Below, in pieces: positions 9,311 to 18,322 of a stretch of 25,722 nt of DNA. The stretch is taken from assembly GCA_038213805.1 (NCBI GenBank), contig JBBQSO010000076.1, positions 1-25,722 of the forward strand, written 5' to 3'. The position numbers and the translations under genes are program-made. The notes below the pieces were generated by a model. It made no database searches and was not told the origin of the DNA. It worked only from the letters and a program-made list of their open reading frames with translations. Source of the DNA: Planctomycetota bacterium (GTDB lineage Bacteria; Planctomycetota; UBA11346). Positions within the stretch are counted from its first letter, which is position 1; the number at the start of each line of letters is the position of its first letter.

Positions 9311-9470
9311 GGCCATCCGCCGTACGCATGGCCCCGGGCCATTTCAGACCCGCTCCTTTACGTGCGTTCCTCCCGTGACTCCCTGACTGTCGGGGATCCC
9401 GCCGCCCTGCCCCTTCCCAAGCGCCCCAGCCCCGCTCTCATGCCGGGCCACGCTAGTGAGGGGATCCACC

Positions 9471-12400
9471 ATGGACATGCAACGCGCGCTGGGTCTGAGC
9501 GAGGAGGGGGTCAACCAGGACGGCGACCGCCGCCAGCTGATCCGCTACATCACCCTCAAGCTCGCGGCGCTCGGCCATGAGGTGGTGCCGGCCGAGAGCG
9601 ACCGCGAATTCCTGGCGGTGGCGCGCGACCTGCTCGCCAACCACCGCGAGCAGGGTCGCCTGCTCAGCGAGGTGCTGCCGCCGGCCGATCAGCGCATCCA
9701 GGCCTTCCTCGACCGCCACCTCGCTGGTTGCGGCGACATCCCACGCCTGCCCAAGGACACCTTCATCCTCGACCGCCACGGCCTGGCGCGTGAACTGTCG
9801 CTGCCCGTCGACGGCGACCGCTTCGCGTCCGAGCTGCTGACCTCGTTCCGCACCGCCCAGGGCGTGCTGCACAATCCGCGTTCCGACCGCCGCACCACCC
9901 AGGGAGTGTTCCACATCGCCGAGGGCGGCCTGCCGGTGCCTGCGGACAAGTGCGCGGTGCCCAAGGCGGTGTTCGCCGCGCTGCTGCGTCACGCCCTCAA
10001 ACCGCCGCGCGCGCTGCTGCGCCTGCCCTTCGCCTGCGGAGAGCGCGGCCCAGGCACCGAGCTGACCGTCAGCCTGCTGCTGCGCCCGCTGGTCTGCCCG
10101 GAGGTCCCCGGGGTCAGCGCGCGGGCCACCATGGAGACGCGCTTCTTCGCGCCCGGAGGACTGGTCTCCAACCTCGACTTCGTCGAGTCGGTGTTCGGCA
10201 ACGCCGGCGACCCGACCCTGCCCGAAAACGATGCTGCGCTGGATACCGACCACTGGACCGGCCACACCGGCTGCGTGATCCTGGCGCCGCACCTGACCGC
10301 GCTGACCAAGCGCGACGTCGGCCTGCCGCACGCCGATCAGGCGACCCCGCGTCAGCGCGCCGAGGGCATGTGCTGGCGCGACGAGGGCGAGCGCTACAAC
10401 GGCGGCAACGCTTTCAAGATCACCTGCCGCACCGTCGACGGCGTGGTCGTCACCATCCTCGCCGACAACTACTTCGGCTACTGCAAGAAGGAGGTGAAGA
10501 CCCAGATCGGCTTCGCCGCCAACCGCTTCGGCGCCTGCGAGGAGGAGCATTCCGGCGGCGCCCTGGCCTTCGCCAGCTACACCCTGGGCGAGGTCTTCGC
10601 GGGCGACAACGCAGTGGTGCAGAGCCGCGGCCACACCTTCGCCGAACAACGTGAGCGCTTCGCGGCGCTTATGGACATGCAGAGCGAGGGCCACGGCATC
10701 GACAAGCGCTACCCGGACATCGTCTACGTGCCCGAGGACGTGCGCATCGACCAGCGCGCGCAGACGGTGAGCTGGCAGGGCGCGGCCGGGCGGCAGTCGA
10801 TCCGCCTGCGCCCCGGCTTCGCCTACGTGCACCCGGCCGGCTACAAGGTGCACCTTGAGAAGCACCCTGGTGCGCCGTCGTGGCGGCTGGTCGGCACCGT
10901 CGCCGAGGGCACCTTCTGCCACAAGCCGTGCACGGTCTCGGGCGGCGGCAAGTCGGAGATCGCCAAGTCGCTGGTCGACGCGGTGCTGTACGGGCCGGTG
11001 TTCATCAGCGATCTCGACCACGACCTTGACGCGGTCGCGGCGCTATGCGCGCGCGACTACGGCGACCGCATGCTGCCCGACCAGGCCCACGACTACAGCC
11101 GCCGTCCAAGCCGACCGCTGCTCGACCCGGCGCGCAGCCTGGGGTCGGTGATCAAGCTGTTCACGCCCTCGCCCGGCGAGTTCAGCCCGGCCTATAACGC
11201 GTGGCTGGCGACGGTGCCCAACCATGTGCGCGCGCTGCTCTTCATCATCAAACGCTTCTACCGTCCGGAATGGGGCGGCGATTGGCGCCAGCACTTCAGC
11301 GTCGACATCGTCAACGGCAGCCGCGGGCACGAGTTCAAGTTCGGCGACCGCAAACTGGTCGGCAGCTATCTGCGCGTCGGCCTGCAGGGCGACGGCTCGT
11401 GGCGCACCTTCAAGCTGCGCCAGGACTTCACCGCCGCCTTGAAGGTCCAGATGGAGGACGACATCACCGCTTCGGTGGTGGTGCCCAGCGCGCGTCTGTC
11501 GGGACTCAACCCCGACTACCATGCGCCCAGCGTCAAGCTTGCCGAGAACTGCGAGTCGCGGCTGTTCCAGCGCCCCGACGACGCGATCCACCGCGGCTAT
11601 GACAAGCAGGCCGAGATCGACATGGCCGCGCCCGGGCTGTTCGCCTCGAACTACGAACCGCTCACCGCCGAGGACGCCGTGGCCCTGGTCGACGACGCCA
11701 TGGGCTTCGAGGCTTTCACCGCACCGATGCAGGCGCGCCTGCGTGGCGCGGCGGCGCGCACCGGCGGCTACGTGGTGTCGAGCGCGCACCCGCGCATCGT
11801 CGACGGCAAGCGCACCAAGAATCCGCGCTATCTCCAGGTCAGGCCCGACCTCGTCCACCACCGCGACCGCTGGCTGGCGCTGGTCGGGACGCGTTTCCAC
11901 CGGCGCCTGGGTCCGCAGCAGGCGCTGCACCTGCCGGTCAACGCGGTGCTGGCCGGGCGGCGCAACAATCCGCCGGACGGCGCGATCCGCATGCTCGCGG
12001 TCTACAACCCGATCCACTACCAGGAGCTGCCCGAGCTGTTCATGGACTTCGCGTGCAGCCTGACCGGCAAGTCGCCGTCGACCACCGGCGCAGGCAGCGA
12101 AGGCGCGCTGACCAAGGGTCCGTTCAACATGGTGCGCGCCACCGCCGACCTCAACAACGCCCTGGTCAGCGCCATCCTCACCGGTGCCGACGGCTTCACC
12201 TCTGCGGCCGGGCACATCGGCCCGCACGTCCAGGTCGATCACGACATCAGTCTGCTCATCCCCGAGATCTGGTGCCGCCTCGCGGTCGCCGAGCGCGAGC
12301 CGGCGATGCTCATCCGCAACGGCCACCTGGAACGCATCGCCGACTTCAGCCACGGCGGACGCACGATCCCGGCCAGCCGGCTCGGCTATCGCATCACCTC

Positions 12401-12956
12401 GAAGTTCGTCCACACCTTCTTCGGACGCATTTTCGACACCCCCGCGGCGGTGTTCAACGAGGCCATCCTGCGCCCCGAGACCCAGGACCTGGCGGCCTTC
12501 GTCGCCGGCCTCGACTCCATCGTCGAGGCGCAGCAGCGCGTCGCGCAGAGCTACTTCGACGATGGCAGCATCGACGAGGCCAGCCCGCCGCTCGCCGCCA
12601 TCCTGCACGTCATGGCGCATGGCCACTGGCAGGGCAAGGGCATCGGCGATCCCGCACTACGCGCGCTGTTCACGCGCGAAAATCTGCTCGCCAGCGCCTG
12701 GTACCGCCGCCGCCTGGCAGTGAAGCAGGAACGCGACACCGCGCTGTGGCGGCGCCACGTCGCCGCGCTCGAGGCCTTCCTCGCGCGGCGCAGCCATCAC
12801 GACGAGGCGTGCCGCCTGGATGTGACCGGCCGCCTAGAGCGCGCCCGCGCCCAGCTCGCCGCCGTGCAGGCGCCGGACTATCTGGAGCAGCTGCAGGGGA
12901 CGATCGGGGCGGATCCGATGGGGAAGGGCGAGGCGGCGATGGGGGCGGGGCGGTAG
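9471..12956 (+). CDS. PPi-dependent phosphoenolpyruvate carboxykinase (EC 4.1.1.38)
   Basis: About 1160 aa with GVLHNPRSDRRTTQGVFHIAEGGLP, ADNYFGYCKKEVKTQI, EEEHSGG, CHKPCTVSGGGKSEI, RLFQRPDDAIHRGYD and SLTGKSPSTTGAGSEGALTKGPFN, typical of the Entamoeba/Propionibacterium PPi-PEPCK family. GAGGGG SD precedes ATG 9471. Confidence 0.9.
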   Translation: MDMQRALGLSEEGVNQDGDRRQLIRYITLKLAALGHEVVPAESDREFLAVARDLLANHREQGRLLSEVLPPADQRIQAFLDRHLAGCGDIPRLPKDTFILDRHGLARELSLPVDGDRFASELLTSFRTAQGVLHNPRSDRRTTQGVFHIAEGGLPVPADKCAVPKAVFAALLRHALKPPRALLRLPFACGERGPGTELTVSLLLRPLVCPEVPGVSARATMETRFFAPGGLVSNLDFVESVFGNAGDPTLPENDAALDTDHWTGHTGCVILAPHLTALTKRDVGLPHADQATPRQRAEGMCWRDEGERYNGGNAFKITCRTVDGVVVTILADNYFGYCKKEVKTQIGFAANRFGACEEEHSGGALAFASYTLGEVFAGDNAVVQSRGHTFAEQRERFAALMDMQSEGHGIDKRYPDIVYVPEDVRIDQRAQTVSWQGAAGRQSIRLRPGFAYVHPAGYKVHLEKHPGAPSWRLVGTVAEGTFCHKPCTVSGGGKSEIAKSLVDAVLYGPVFISDLDHDLDAVAALCARDYGDRMLPDQAHDYSRRPSRPLLDPARSLGSVIKLFTPSPGEFSPAYNAWLATVPNHVRALLFIIKRFYRPEWGGDWRQHFSVDIVNGSRGHEFKFGDRKLVGSYLRVGLQGDGSWRTFKLRQDFTAALKVQMEDDITASVVVPSARLSGLNPDYHAPSVKLAENCESRLFQRPDDAIHRGYDKQAEIDMAAPGLFASNYEPLTAEDAVALVDDAMGFEAFTAPMQARLRGAAARTGGYVVSSAHPRIVDGKRTKNPRYLQVRPDLVHHRDRWLALVGTRFHRRLGPQQALHLPVNAVLAGRRNNPPDGAIRMLAVYNPIHYQELPELFMDFACSLTGKSPSTTGAGSEGALTKGPFNMVRATADLNNALVSAILTGADGFTSAAGHIGPHVQVDHDISLLIPEIWCRLAVAEREPAMLIRNGHLERIADFSHGGRTIPASRLGYRITSKFVHTFFGRIFDTPAAVFNEAILRPETQDLAAFVAGLDSIVEAQQRVAQSYFDDGSIDEASPPLAAILHVMAHGHWQGKGIGDPALRALFTRENLLASAWYRRRLAVKQERDTALWRRHVAALEAFLARRSHHDEACRLDVTGRLERARAQLAAVQAPDYLEQLQGTIGADPMGKGEAAMGAGR

Positions 12957-13040
12957 GGGCGCCCCTCGCCGTGACCGGGAGGTTGGGTCGCGGTCGGCGA
13001 AGCCCTGACCGGAGGCGCGGTGCTGCTGCCCGACGCGCGG

Positions 13041-14342
13041 TCAGTTTGCAAACATCAGCGTCACCCCGGCGACGAGCACGGCGCTTGTCACCGTGGCTGA
13101 GTGGTCGACGGATGTTTCCTGGCCGGTTCCGACGTGCTGACCACGACGCACCTGGAGGGCGACATCGTAGGTGAGGAAGCGGGTCACGAGGCTCGCGCCC
13201 AACGAGCCGCCGAAATAGCGGTCGACGTGCGGGTCGACCGGATCGACATTGTCGAGGGCGCTCGTGGCCCGGCTCGGCAGCTCTTCATAGAGCATGCCGA
13301 TCCGGGCTGCGCACAGCGCCTCATCGAACAGGATGATGCGCTCGTAGCCGATGTAGACGTTGTATCCGTCCGGAAGCCGGTGCTGATCGACAAACCGGGA
13401 AATGGGATTGGCGCGGTCCCCGTGTGCTTCTATCCAATAGGCGCTCCACCGTGTCCAGGTGCAGTCGACGGCCACGGTGTCGGCGTCGCTGAGGGTCCAG
13501 GCGCACCCGAGCGTCGCGCTGGGCGGATAGTGCCAACGTCCCTGGCTTGTGTCGGACAGGTTGTCCGAGGCGGTGGGGCCGTCCTGGTCATGCTCGCGGA
13601 CATGTTCAACGGTCTCGATCGCGAGATTGAACGCCGGACGGTAGACGAATGCCAGCGTGAGCTCTGGTGTGGCGCGGAACCATATGCCGGTCACGACGTT
13701 GTTCCCACCCACGCTGCGCGTCTCGAACTCGTCTTCAGTCACGATCCGGATCGGGGTGCCGATGACGCTGCTGTCGGTGGTGCTGATGCTGTGGAAGTGG
13801 CTGGCGTGGGTGTGGGAATTCCGCCAGCTAGCCAGCGTCGCCCCGATCCCCAGGCCCGGAAGGGGCTCGATCGCGTAGCTCAAGCCGATGGAAGCGAAGG
13901 AGCCGTCCTGATTGTTCGAGAATGCGTTGCTTGTGAATTCGTCGCCGAAGGTGAGGCTCGTGGAACGGGTGAAATCGAATTGCCGCTGCCAGAAAAACCC
14001 GATGGTCTGCTGGATCCCCAAGAGGTTTAAGGGTAGCGCAAAATCAAGGTAATCGAGTGAGGCGGTGGTGCTCGTCTGGGACACGAAGCCGGGCGGACTG
14101 GATCGTCGCCAGTACCCACCGCCCGACACGGAGACCTCCGCGGATTCGAGCTGCACCGACCCTCCAGGGTTCCAGGTGATTCCGTTGACGTCATCGTCGA
14201 TAGCGGAGAACGCGCTGATGCCCATGGCGCGCACCCCCGATCCGGCGCGCTGGGCGCCATTCTCCTGGACCGCGAAGGCCAATCCGTGCCCGAGCACGAG
14301 ACCGGCTGCGCAGCGCGCGCAAGCGTTGCCAGTAGAGGTCAT
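13041..14342 (-). CDS. OmpP1/FadL/TodX-like outer-membrane beta-barrel protein
   Basis: Signal peptide ending LAFA, N-terminal plug motif GSGVRAMGISAFSAIDDDVNGITWNPGG, alternating amphipathic beta-strands, WTRWS, and a final strand VLVAGVTLMFAN. Confidence 0.8.
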   Translation of the reverse strand: MTSTGNACARCAAGLVLGHGLAFAVQENGAQRAGSGVRAMGISAFSAIDDDVNGITWNPGGSVQLESAEVSVSGGGYWRRSSPPGFVSQTSTTASLDYLDFALPLNLLGIQQTIGFFWQRQFDFTRSTSLTFGDEFTSNAFSNNQDGSFASIGLSYAIEPLPGLGIGATLASWRNSHTHASHFHSISTTDSSVIGTPIRIVTEDEFETRSVGGNNVVTGIWFRATPELTLAFVYRPAFNLAIETVEHVREHDQDGPTASDNLSDTSQGRWHYPPSATLGCAWTLSDADTVAVDCTWTRWSAYWIEAHGDRANPISRFVDQHRLPDGYNVYIGYERIILFDEALCAARIGMLYEELPSRATSALDNVDPVDPHVDRYFGGSLGASLVTRFLTYDVALQVRRGQHVGTGQETSVDHSATVTSAVLVAGVTLMFAN

Positions 14343-14908
14343 TGGAATGACAGGTCCATCTCCCTGGAGTAGCCATCGCCGGTCGCCTTGATGATCTTCC
14401 CCGAATTGAGAATGCCGCAGGACACGATCAGCTCGTACGACGAGGTCTTCTGCAACGATTGGATGATGACATAGTTGTGATCGCCATCCGGGAGCCGCTC
14501 AAAGGCGACAGGACCCCCATCTGCCAACGCGACGCCGACGTCCTCCAGGGATTTTCCCGGCGGCAGGATGAGGTGTATCAAAATATGACAGGTGTCGTCA
14601 GGCGCTAAGTAGGGGCCGGGCACGTCGGCGTAGAAGGACTTCGCTGGAATCGTTGTGAGGACATCGACAGGAAATTGAGGATCGGTTTTGTTCAGTGTAG
14701 AGTATCCGGGGGCAGTGTCCGACCAAGCGTGAATCTTGTAGTCTCCAGTGTGGGTGATGGAGAAATAAAAATCTGATCCCGAGATGGTCGGGGGATCACG
14801 TCTGTATACGGTGCCGTCGGATCTGAGGATCTCTATGTGGGGATGGGACGGGCTGATGCCCGCCTTGCCGCCAGCGTTATTGTAGAACACGCCGTGCAAA
14901 AGTGTCAT
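14339..14908 (-). CDS. Hypothetical protein, 189 aa, probably two small beta-sandwich domains, no signal peptide
   Basis: AAGGA SD 7 nt upstream, ATGA overlap with the barrel gene, and a non-shadow amino-acid composition. The fold is guessed from strand patterns only. Confidence 0.7.
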   Translation of the reverse strand: MTLLHGVFYNNAGGKAGISPSHPHIEILRSDGTVYRRDPPTISGSDFYFSITHTGDYKIHAWSDTAPGYSTLNKTDPQFPVDVLTTIPAKSFYADVPGPYLAPDDTCHILIHLILPPGKSLEDVGVALADGGPVAFERLPDGDHNYVIIQSLQKTSSYELIVSCGILNSGKIIKATGDGYSREMDLSFQ

Positions 14909-14943
14909 GATCTCGTCCTTGAGGTGCTGGGTGTACTGGTCAT
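14905..14943 (-). CDS. Possible 12-aa mini-ORF MTSTPSTSRTRS bridging two genes
   Basis: Its ATG overlaps the stop of the TPR gene (14943-14940) and its stop overlaps the ATG of the 189-aa gene (14908-14905). Confidence 0.3.
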   Translation of the reverse strand: MTSTPSTSRTRS

Positions 14944-16628
14944 TCGCCGACGGCGTCGACCTGATCGGTGAGTCGTCCGGAGACGACGGAAAGGGGGGCG
15001 ATGTGATCCTCCGGCGCCCCCGCCTCGACGATCGCGGCGACCGTGTGGTCGGAATCGTTCGGGGTGAGCACGGAGAGCCGCACGCCGCGGCGCACGCCGT
15101 CGAGGGTGCCGAGCGCGAGCTGGGCGGTGCCCTGCGCCGTCAGGCAGCGCCCATCCAGCACGGGGAAGTCGCAGCCCAGGCGGTTGGCGAGGGCCGCGAA
15201 CAGCTGGCCGCACGTCCGCTCGTCGGTGGCAGATGCGTACCCGTCGAGGTGGGCGAAGGCGACCCGGGAGTCACGGTGGATCAGGGTCAGGTAGCACTCG
15301 ATGCCGTCGGCTTCGCGGGTGATGATGACCGCGATCAAGTAGCGCGCCTGCTCGTCTGTCACGCGCGACAGCGTGCGCTGGCTGAACCAGCCGGCGCGCC
15401 ACATGGTGGTCTCCTCCAGCGCTGCGACCTGGACGTCGGCGCGCTCGTAGCGGAAGCGGTGCTCGCGCAGCAACGCCTCCTCGCAGCGCATGTCGTCGGC
15501 CTGATCCGGCAGTGTGCCCGGTCCCGACGCGGTCGCCGGCAAAAGCTGGGCGCGCGCGCGTAGCCGCAGATCGCGCGCCGGCGCCGGGCGCAGCTCAACG
15601 GTGGCATTGCGCTGCAGCTCGGCGCCACTGGCCAGCTGCAGGCGGAAGCGCAGTGCGTGACTGCCGGGCGGCCGGCTGACCGCGACCATGCCGGCGAAGC
15701 GCTGGCCGCTCAGCGACTGCGCGGAAACGCGCTCACCGCCCTCTTCGATAACCAGGCCGCGCAGGCCCCCCGCGCTGGCCGCCGTGATGCTGAACCAGGC
15801 GGTGGTGCCGGGCAGAGGATGGCTCGCCGGCGGGCCATCAATGGCGAAGATGTCTGCCTGCGGCAAGGCGATGGGTACTGCGGGCGGGACCACCGGACCC
15901 TGCTCCGGATAGCTGACCAGGGCGGCGGCCATCAGGGTGGCATCGCTGGGGAGGTCGGCGGAGAAGGTGCGGTCTGGCGCGACCGAGATCGCCTGCTGCG
16001 CGCGGCCGGGGGCGATGGCGACCAGCCCGTCGGCGGCGCCGGAGCAGTGCCCCTCGATGTGCAGCTGGGCGATGCCGGCGACGGGTGCGGCGGGCGCCAC
16101 CACCTCCAGCGTGAGCGCGCCGGGCGTCGCCGCCGCGGCCTCCGGCGTCTCCGGCCGGAAATGCCCGTCGTCGATACCGATGACCTGCGGCGCGGGAGGG
16201 GCGTGGAGATGATCGCCGGCGCGCAGCCCGGTGATGCGCTCGAGCAGCGCCACGGCCTTGGCGCTCGGCTCCTGGGTGAGGCTGATGCGCAGTTCTGATT
16301 CGGCCTCGTCCAGGCGCCCCTGCGCGATCAGCACCGCGGCCAGCTCGCGGTGGGCGAAGTAGCACGTGAAGTGCATGCCCCAGGTGCGCGCCATGCGTCG
16401 CTCGCGGCCGCGCAAGCGCAGGGCAATGCGCAGGTCGCGTTCGGCAGCCGCCCAGGCTTGGTGGCGGGCGAATACCAGGGCGCGCTCATCATACTGGTAC
16501 CACCGTCCGCGGAACGGCACCGACATCTCGCCGTAGACCACGCCCTGGTCGCTGACCGTGCGCGTCGCCTGGGCGCTGCAGCCAGTGGCCGCGAGCAGGG
16601 CTACGATGGCCAGCAGCGCGCACCTCAT
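14940..16628 (-). CDS. Lipoprotein with N-terminal TPRs, central Ig-like domains and C-terminal CsgG/HfaB-like plus FlgT-C-like module
   Basis: Lipobox ALLAATG-C; TPR helices (YFAHRELAAVLIAQGRLDEAESELRISL); beta-rich middle; RFRYERADVQVAALEETTM...GIECYLTLIHRDS (CsgG-like) then FPVLDGR...LALGTLDGVRRGVRL (FlgT-C-like). Confidence 0.75.
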   Translation of the reverse strand: MRCALLAIVALLAATGCSAQATRTVSDQGVVYGEMSVPFRGRWYQYDERALVFARHQAWAAAERDLRIALRLRGRERRMARTWGMHFTCYFAHRELAAVLIAQGRLDEAESELRISLTQEPSAKAVALLERITGLRAGDHLHAPPAPQVIGIDDGHFRPETPEAAAATPGALTLEVVAPAAPVAGIAQLHIEGHCSGAADGLVAIAPGRAQQAISVAPDRTFSADLPSDATLMAAALVSYPEQGPVVPPAVPIALPQADIFAIDGPPASHPLPGTTAWFSITAASAGGLRGLVIEEGGERVSAQSLSGQRFAGMVAVSRPPGSHALRFRLQLASGAELQRNATVELRPAPARDLRLRARAQLLPATASGPGTLPDQADDMRCEEALLREHRFRYERADVQVAALEETTMWRAGWFSQRTLSRVTDEQARYLIAVIITREADGIECYLTLIHRDSRVAFAHLDGYASATDERTCGQLFAALANRLGCDFPVLDGRCLTAQGTAQLALGTLDGVRRGVRLSVLTPNDSDHTVAAIVEAGAPEDHIAPLSVVSGRLTDQVDAVGE

Positions 16629-18157
16629 GGCGCGCCCTCGCCGTCGACGGGCACGCGCTCGACGCGCATGCCCACGGCGGCCGTGGCGCTGTCATCCAGG
16701 CGCAGCCGCGCGGTCTCGGTGTGGGCGCGCAGTACCGTGCCCTGCGCGCACGCGTGGTTGTGCGCATCAAGGATCTGCAGGCGGTCGCCCGGCTGCAGGC
16801 CGTGCCAGCTGCCCAGCGACACCTGTAGCGAACCATCCGGCGCGCACGCCAGGATCCGGCCCCGTTCCTCGAGGCGCTGCAGGGTCGAACGCAGCATGGC
16901 TTCGGCTGCGATGCGCACATCCGCGAGCGCCACGAAGCGCGAATCGACCATCTCGCCGGTCTCGACCACGGCCGTGCGCAACTGCACGTGCTGCTGGTCG
17001 GATGCGGCGCCCTGCACCATGACGAAGACTTGGCCGGCGATGAGATTGCCGCGCCTGACTAGGCTCTTCGCGCTGGCGAACCCTTCGTCACCCAGGCGGA
17101 TCTCGCCGAGCATTGGCGCGAGCGGCCGTTCCACCAGCTTGATGCCGATGGACTGCGCGGCCTCGGCGAGATCGGCCGAGAGTCGCGCGGACAGGCCCTT
17201 CCCGACGATGAACAGCGAACGGTAGGGGGTCTGCCACTCCTCGGGCGGTGGCGACGTCCGGGGCATAGCGATGGCCCCGATGCCGACGCCGGACATCGCG
17301 ACCAGGGCGAAGGTCGCGAACCTGCGGGGGGAGCGGGGTGGGCGTTCGAGGGCGAGCAATTCTGCGACCACCGCCGACCCGTCGGCGGGCCGCCGCGATG
17401 GCTCGAGCTCGGTCATCGCCCGCAGCAGCGGCGCGAGGCGGCGCGAGGTGCTGGCCAGCAGCGGTGGTTCGGTGTCGGCGAGGAACTTCCTCTGCCAGCT
17501 GTCCATGGGGCAGCCGGTGAGCATCTGCCAGTAGCACATGCCGAGCGAATAGACGTCGGCCCGGGCGTCAATCGCCTCCCCCGCCGCCTGCTCGGGTGCG
17601 GCGTATTGGGGCGTTCCGTAGTGCCCGCTCTCGAGCCGTGGCGGTTCGAGCAGGGAACGGGCCAGACCGAGATCAGTGATCTTGCTGGTCCCCCTCGGGC
17701 AGACCATGATGTTCGAGGGTTTGATGTCCCTATGCACAATGCCAGCGGCGTGGATTTCAGCGAGGCCCCGGGCCGCATCGAGGAACCAGTTCGCTCCCAG
17801 GGGATTGCGAGGCTCCTGCCGGTGCTCGGCGAACTGCTGCCAGGTGTATGCGAGCAGCTCGATGATCAGATACGGGTGACCGTGCGCCTCATCGATATGG
17901 AGGGTCTTGGCGATGTGCGGATGGTCACGCAATCTCATGCCGATCGACGCCTCACGGTGGAATCGTTCCCGCGGCAGATCTGGGTGCAGGATCTTGATCG
18001 CGACATCGACGCCCAGATCTCGGTAATTACCTCTGAAAACAACGCTCATACCACCACTGCCGAGACGCTCGGTGACGGTCACGCGGCCGAAGGGGAGGCC
18101 AGGAGTTATCCAGGCCCACGCGGAGTCATCACTCATTTGGTGCCTGGCAACTGACAT
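16625..18157 (-). CDS. Membrane-anchored Hanks-type Ser/Thr protein kinase with periplasmic CsgG-like plus FlgT-C-like module
   Basis: LGSGGMSVV, VAIK, HRDIKPSN, DLG, GTPQYAAPE and DVYSLG; TM segment FATFALVAMSGVGIGAIAM; then IKLVERPLAPMLGEIRLG...GNLIAG...AVVETGE and VSLGSWHGLQPGDRL. The start may be 18136. Confidence 0.9.
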   Translation of the reverse strand: MSVARHQMSDDSAWAWITPGLPFGRVTVTERLGSGGMSVVFRGNYRDLGVDVAIKILHPDLPRERFHREASIGMRLRDHPHIAKTLHIDEAHGHPYLIIELLAYTWQQFAEHRQEPRNPLGANWFLDAARGLAEIHAAGIVHRDIKPSNIMVCPRGTSKITDLGLARSLLEPPRLESGHYGTPQYAAPEQAAGEAIDARADVYSLGMCYWQMLTGCPMDSWQRKFLADTEPPLLASTSRRLAPLLRAMTELEPSRRPADGSAVVAELLALERPPRSPRRFATFALVAMSGVGIGAIAMPRTSPPPEEWQTPYRSLFIVGKGLSARLSADLAEAAQSIGIKLVERPLAPMLGEIRLGDEGFASAKSLVRRGNLIAGQVFVMVQGAASDQQHVQLRTAVVETGEMVDSRFVALADVRIAAEAMLRSTLQRLEERGRILACAPDGSLQVSLGSWHGLQPGDRLQILDAHNHACAQGTVLRAHTETARLRLDDSATAAVGMRVERVPVDGEGAP

Positions 18158-18172
18158 GAGGAGATAGAGGCA

Positions 18173-18199
18173 TGGACCATGAAAGCAAATTTAAATTCC
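18173..18199 (-). promoter_or_regulatory. Putative ECF-type promoter (GGAATT-N16-GTCCA) for the kinase operon, overlapped by palindrome AATTTAAATT (18188-18197)
   Basis: Spacing and motifs resemble the generic ECF GGAAC-N16/17-GTC consensus; located 15 nt upstream of ATG 18157. Confidence 0.3.
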
Positions 18200-18322
18200 G
18201 CGTAGAAGCGTATCGGCACGAAACAACATACGCGCACCGGCCTCGCACACCGGCAGTAGCAGGAAACTGCCGCTCGCTCAGTGGCTTTTCCGTATAGGGT
18301 TTCGCAACTCGGAGCAGCCGCC

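Noticed and set aside
724..12626. Long antisense and alternate-frame ORFs (e.g. 724-3000, 3869-5428, 6319-8247, 7835-9316, 9453-11021, 11043-12626)
   Set aside because: These are shadows of well-supported genes in high-GC DNA; they are Arg/Ala/Gly-rich with no motifs.
13101..14030. 309-aa plus-strand ORF
   Set aside because: Antisense shadow of the FadL-like gene.
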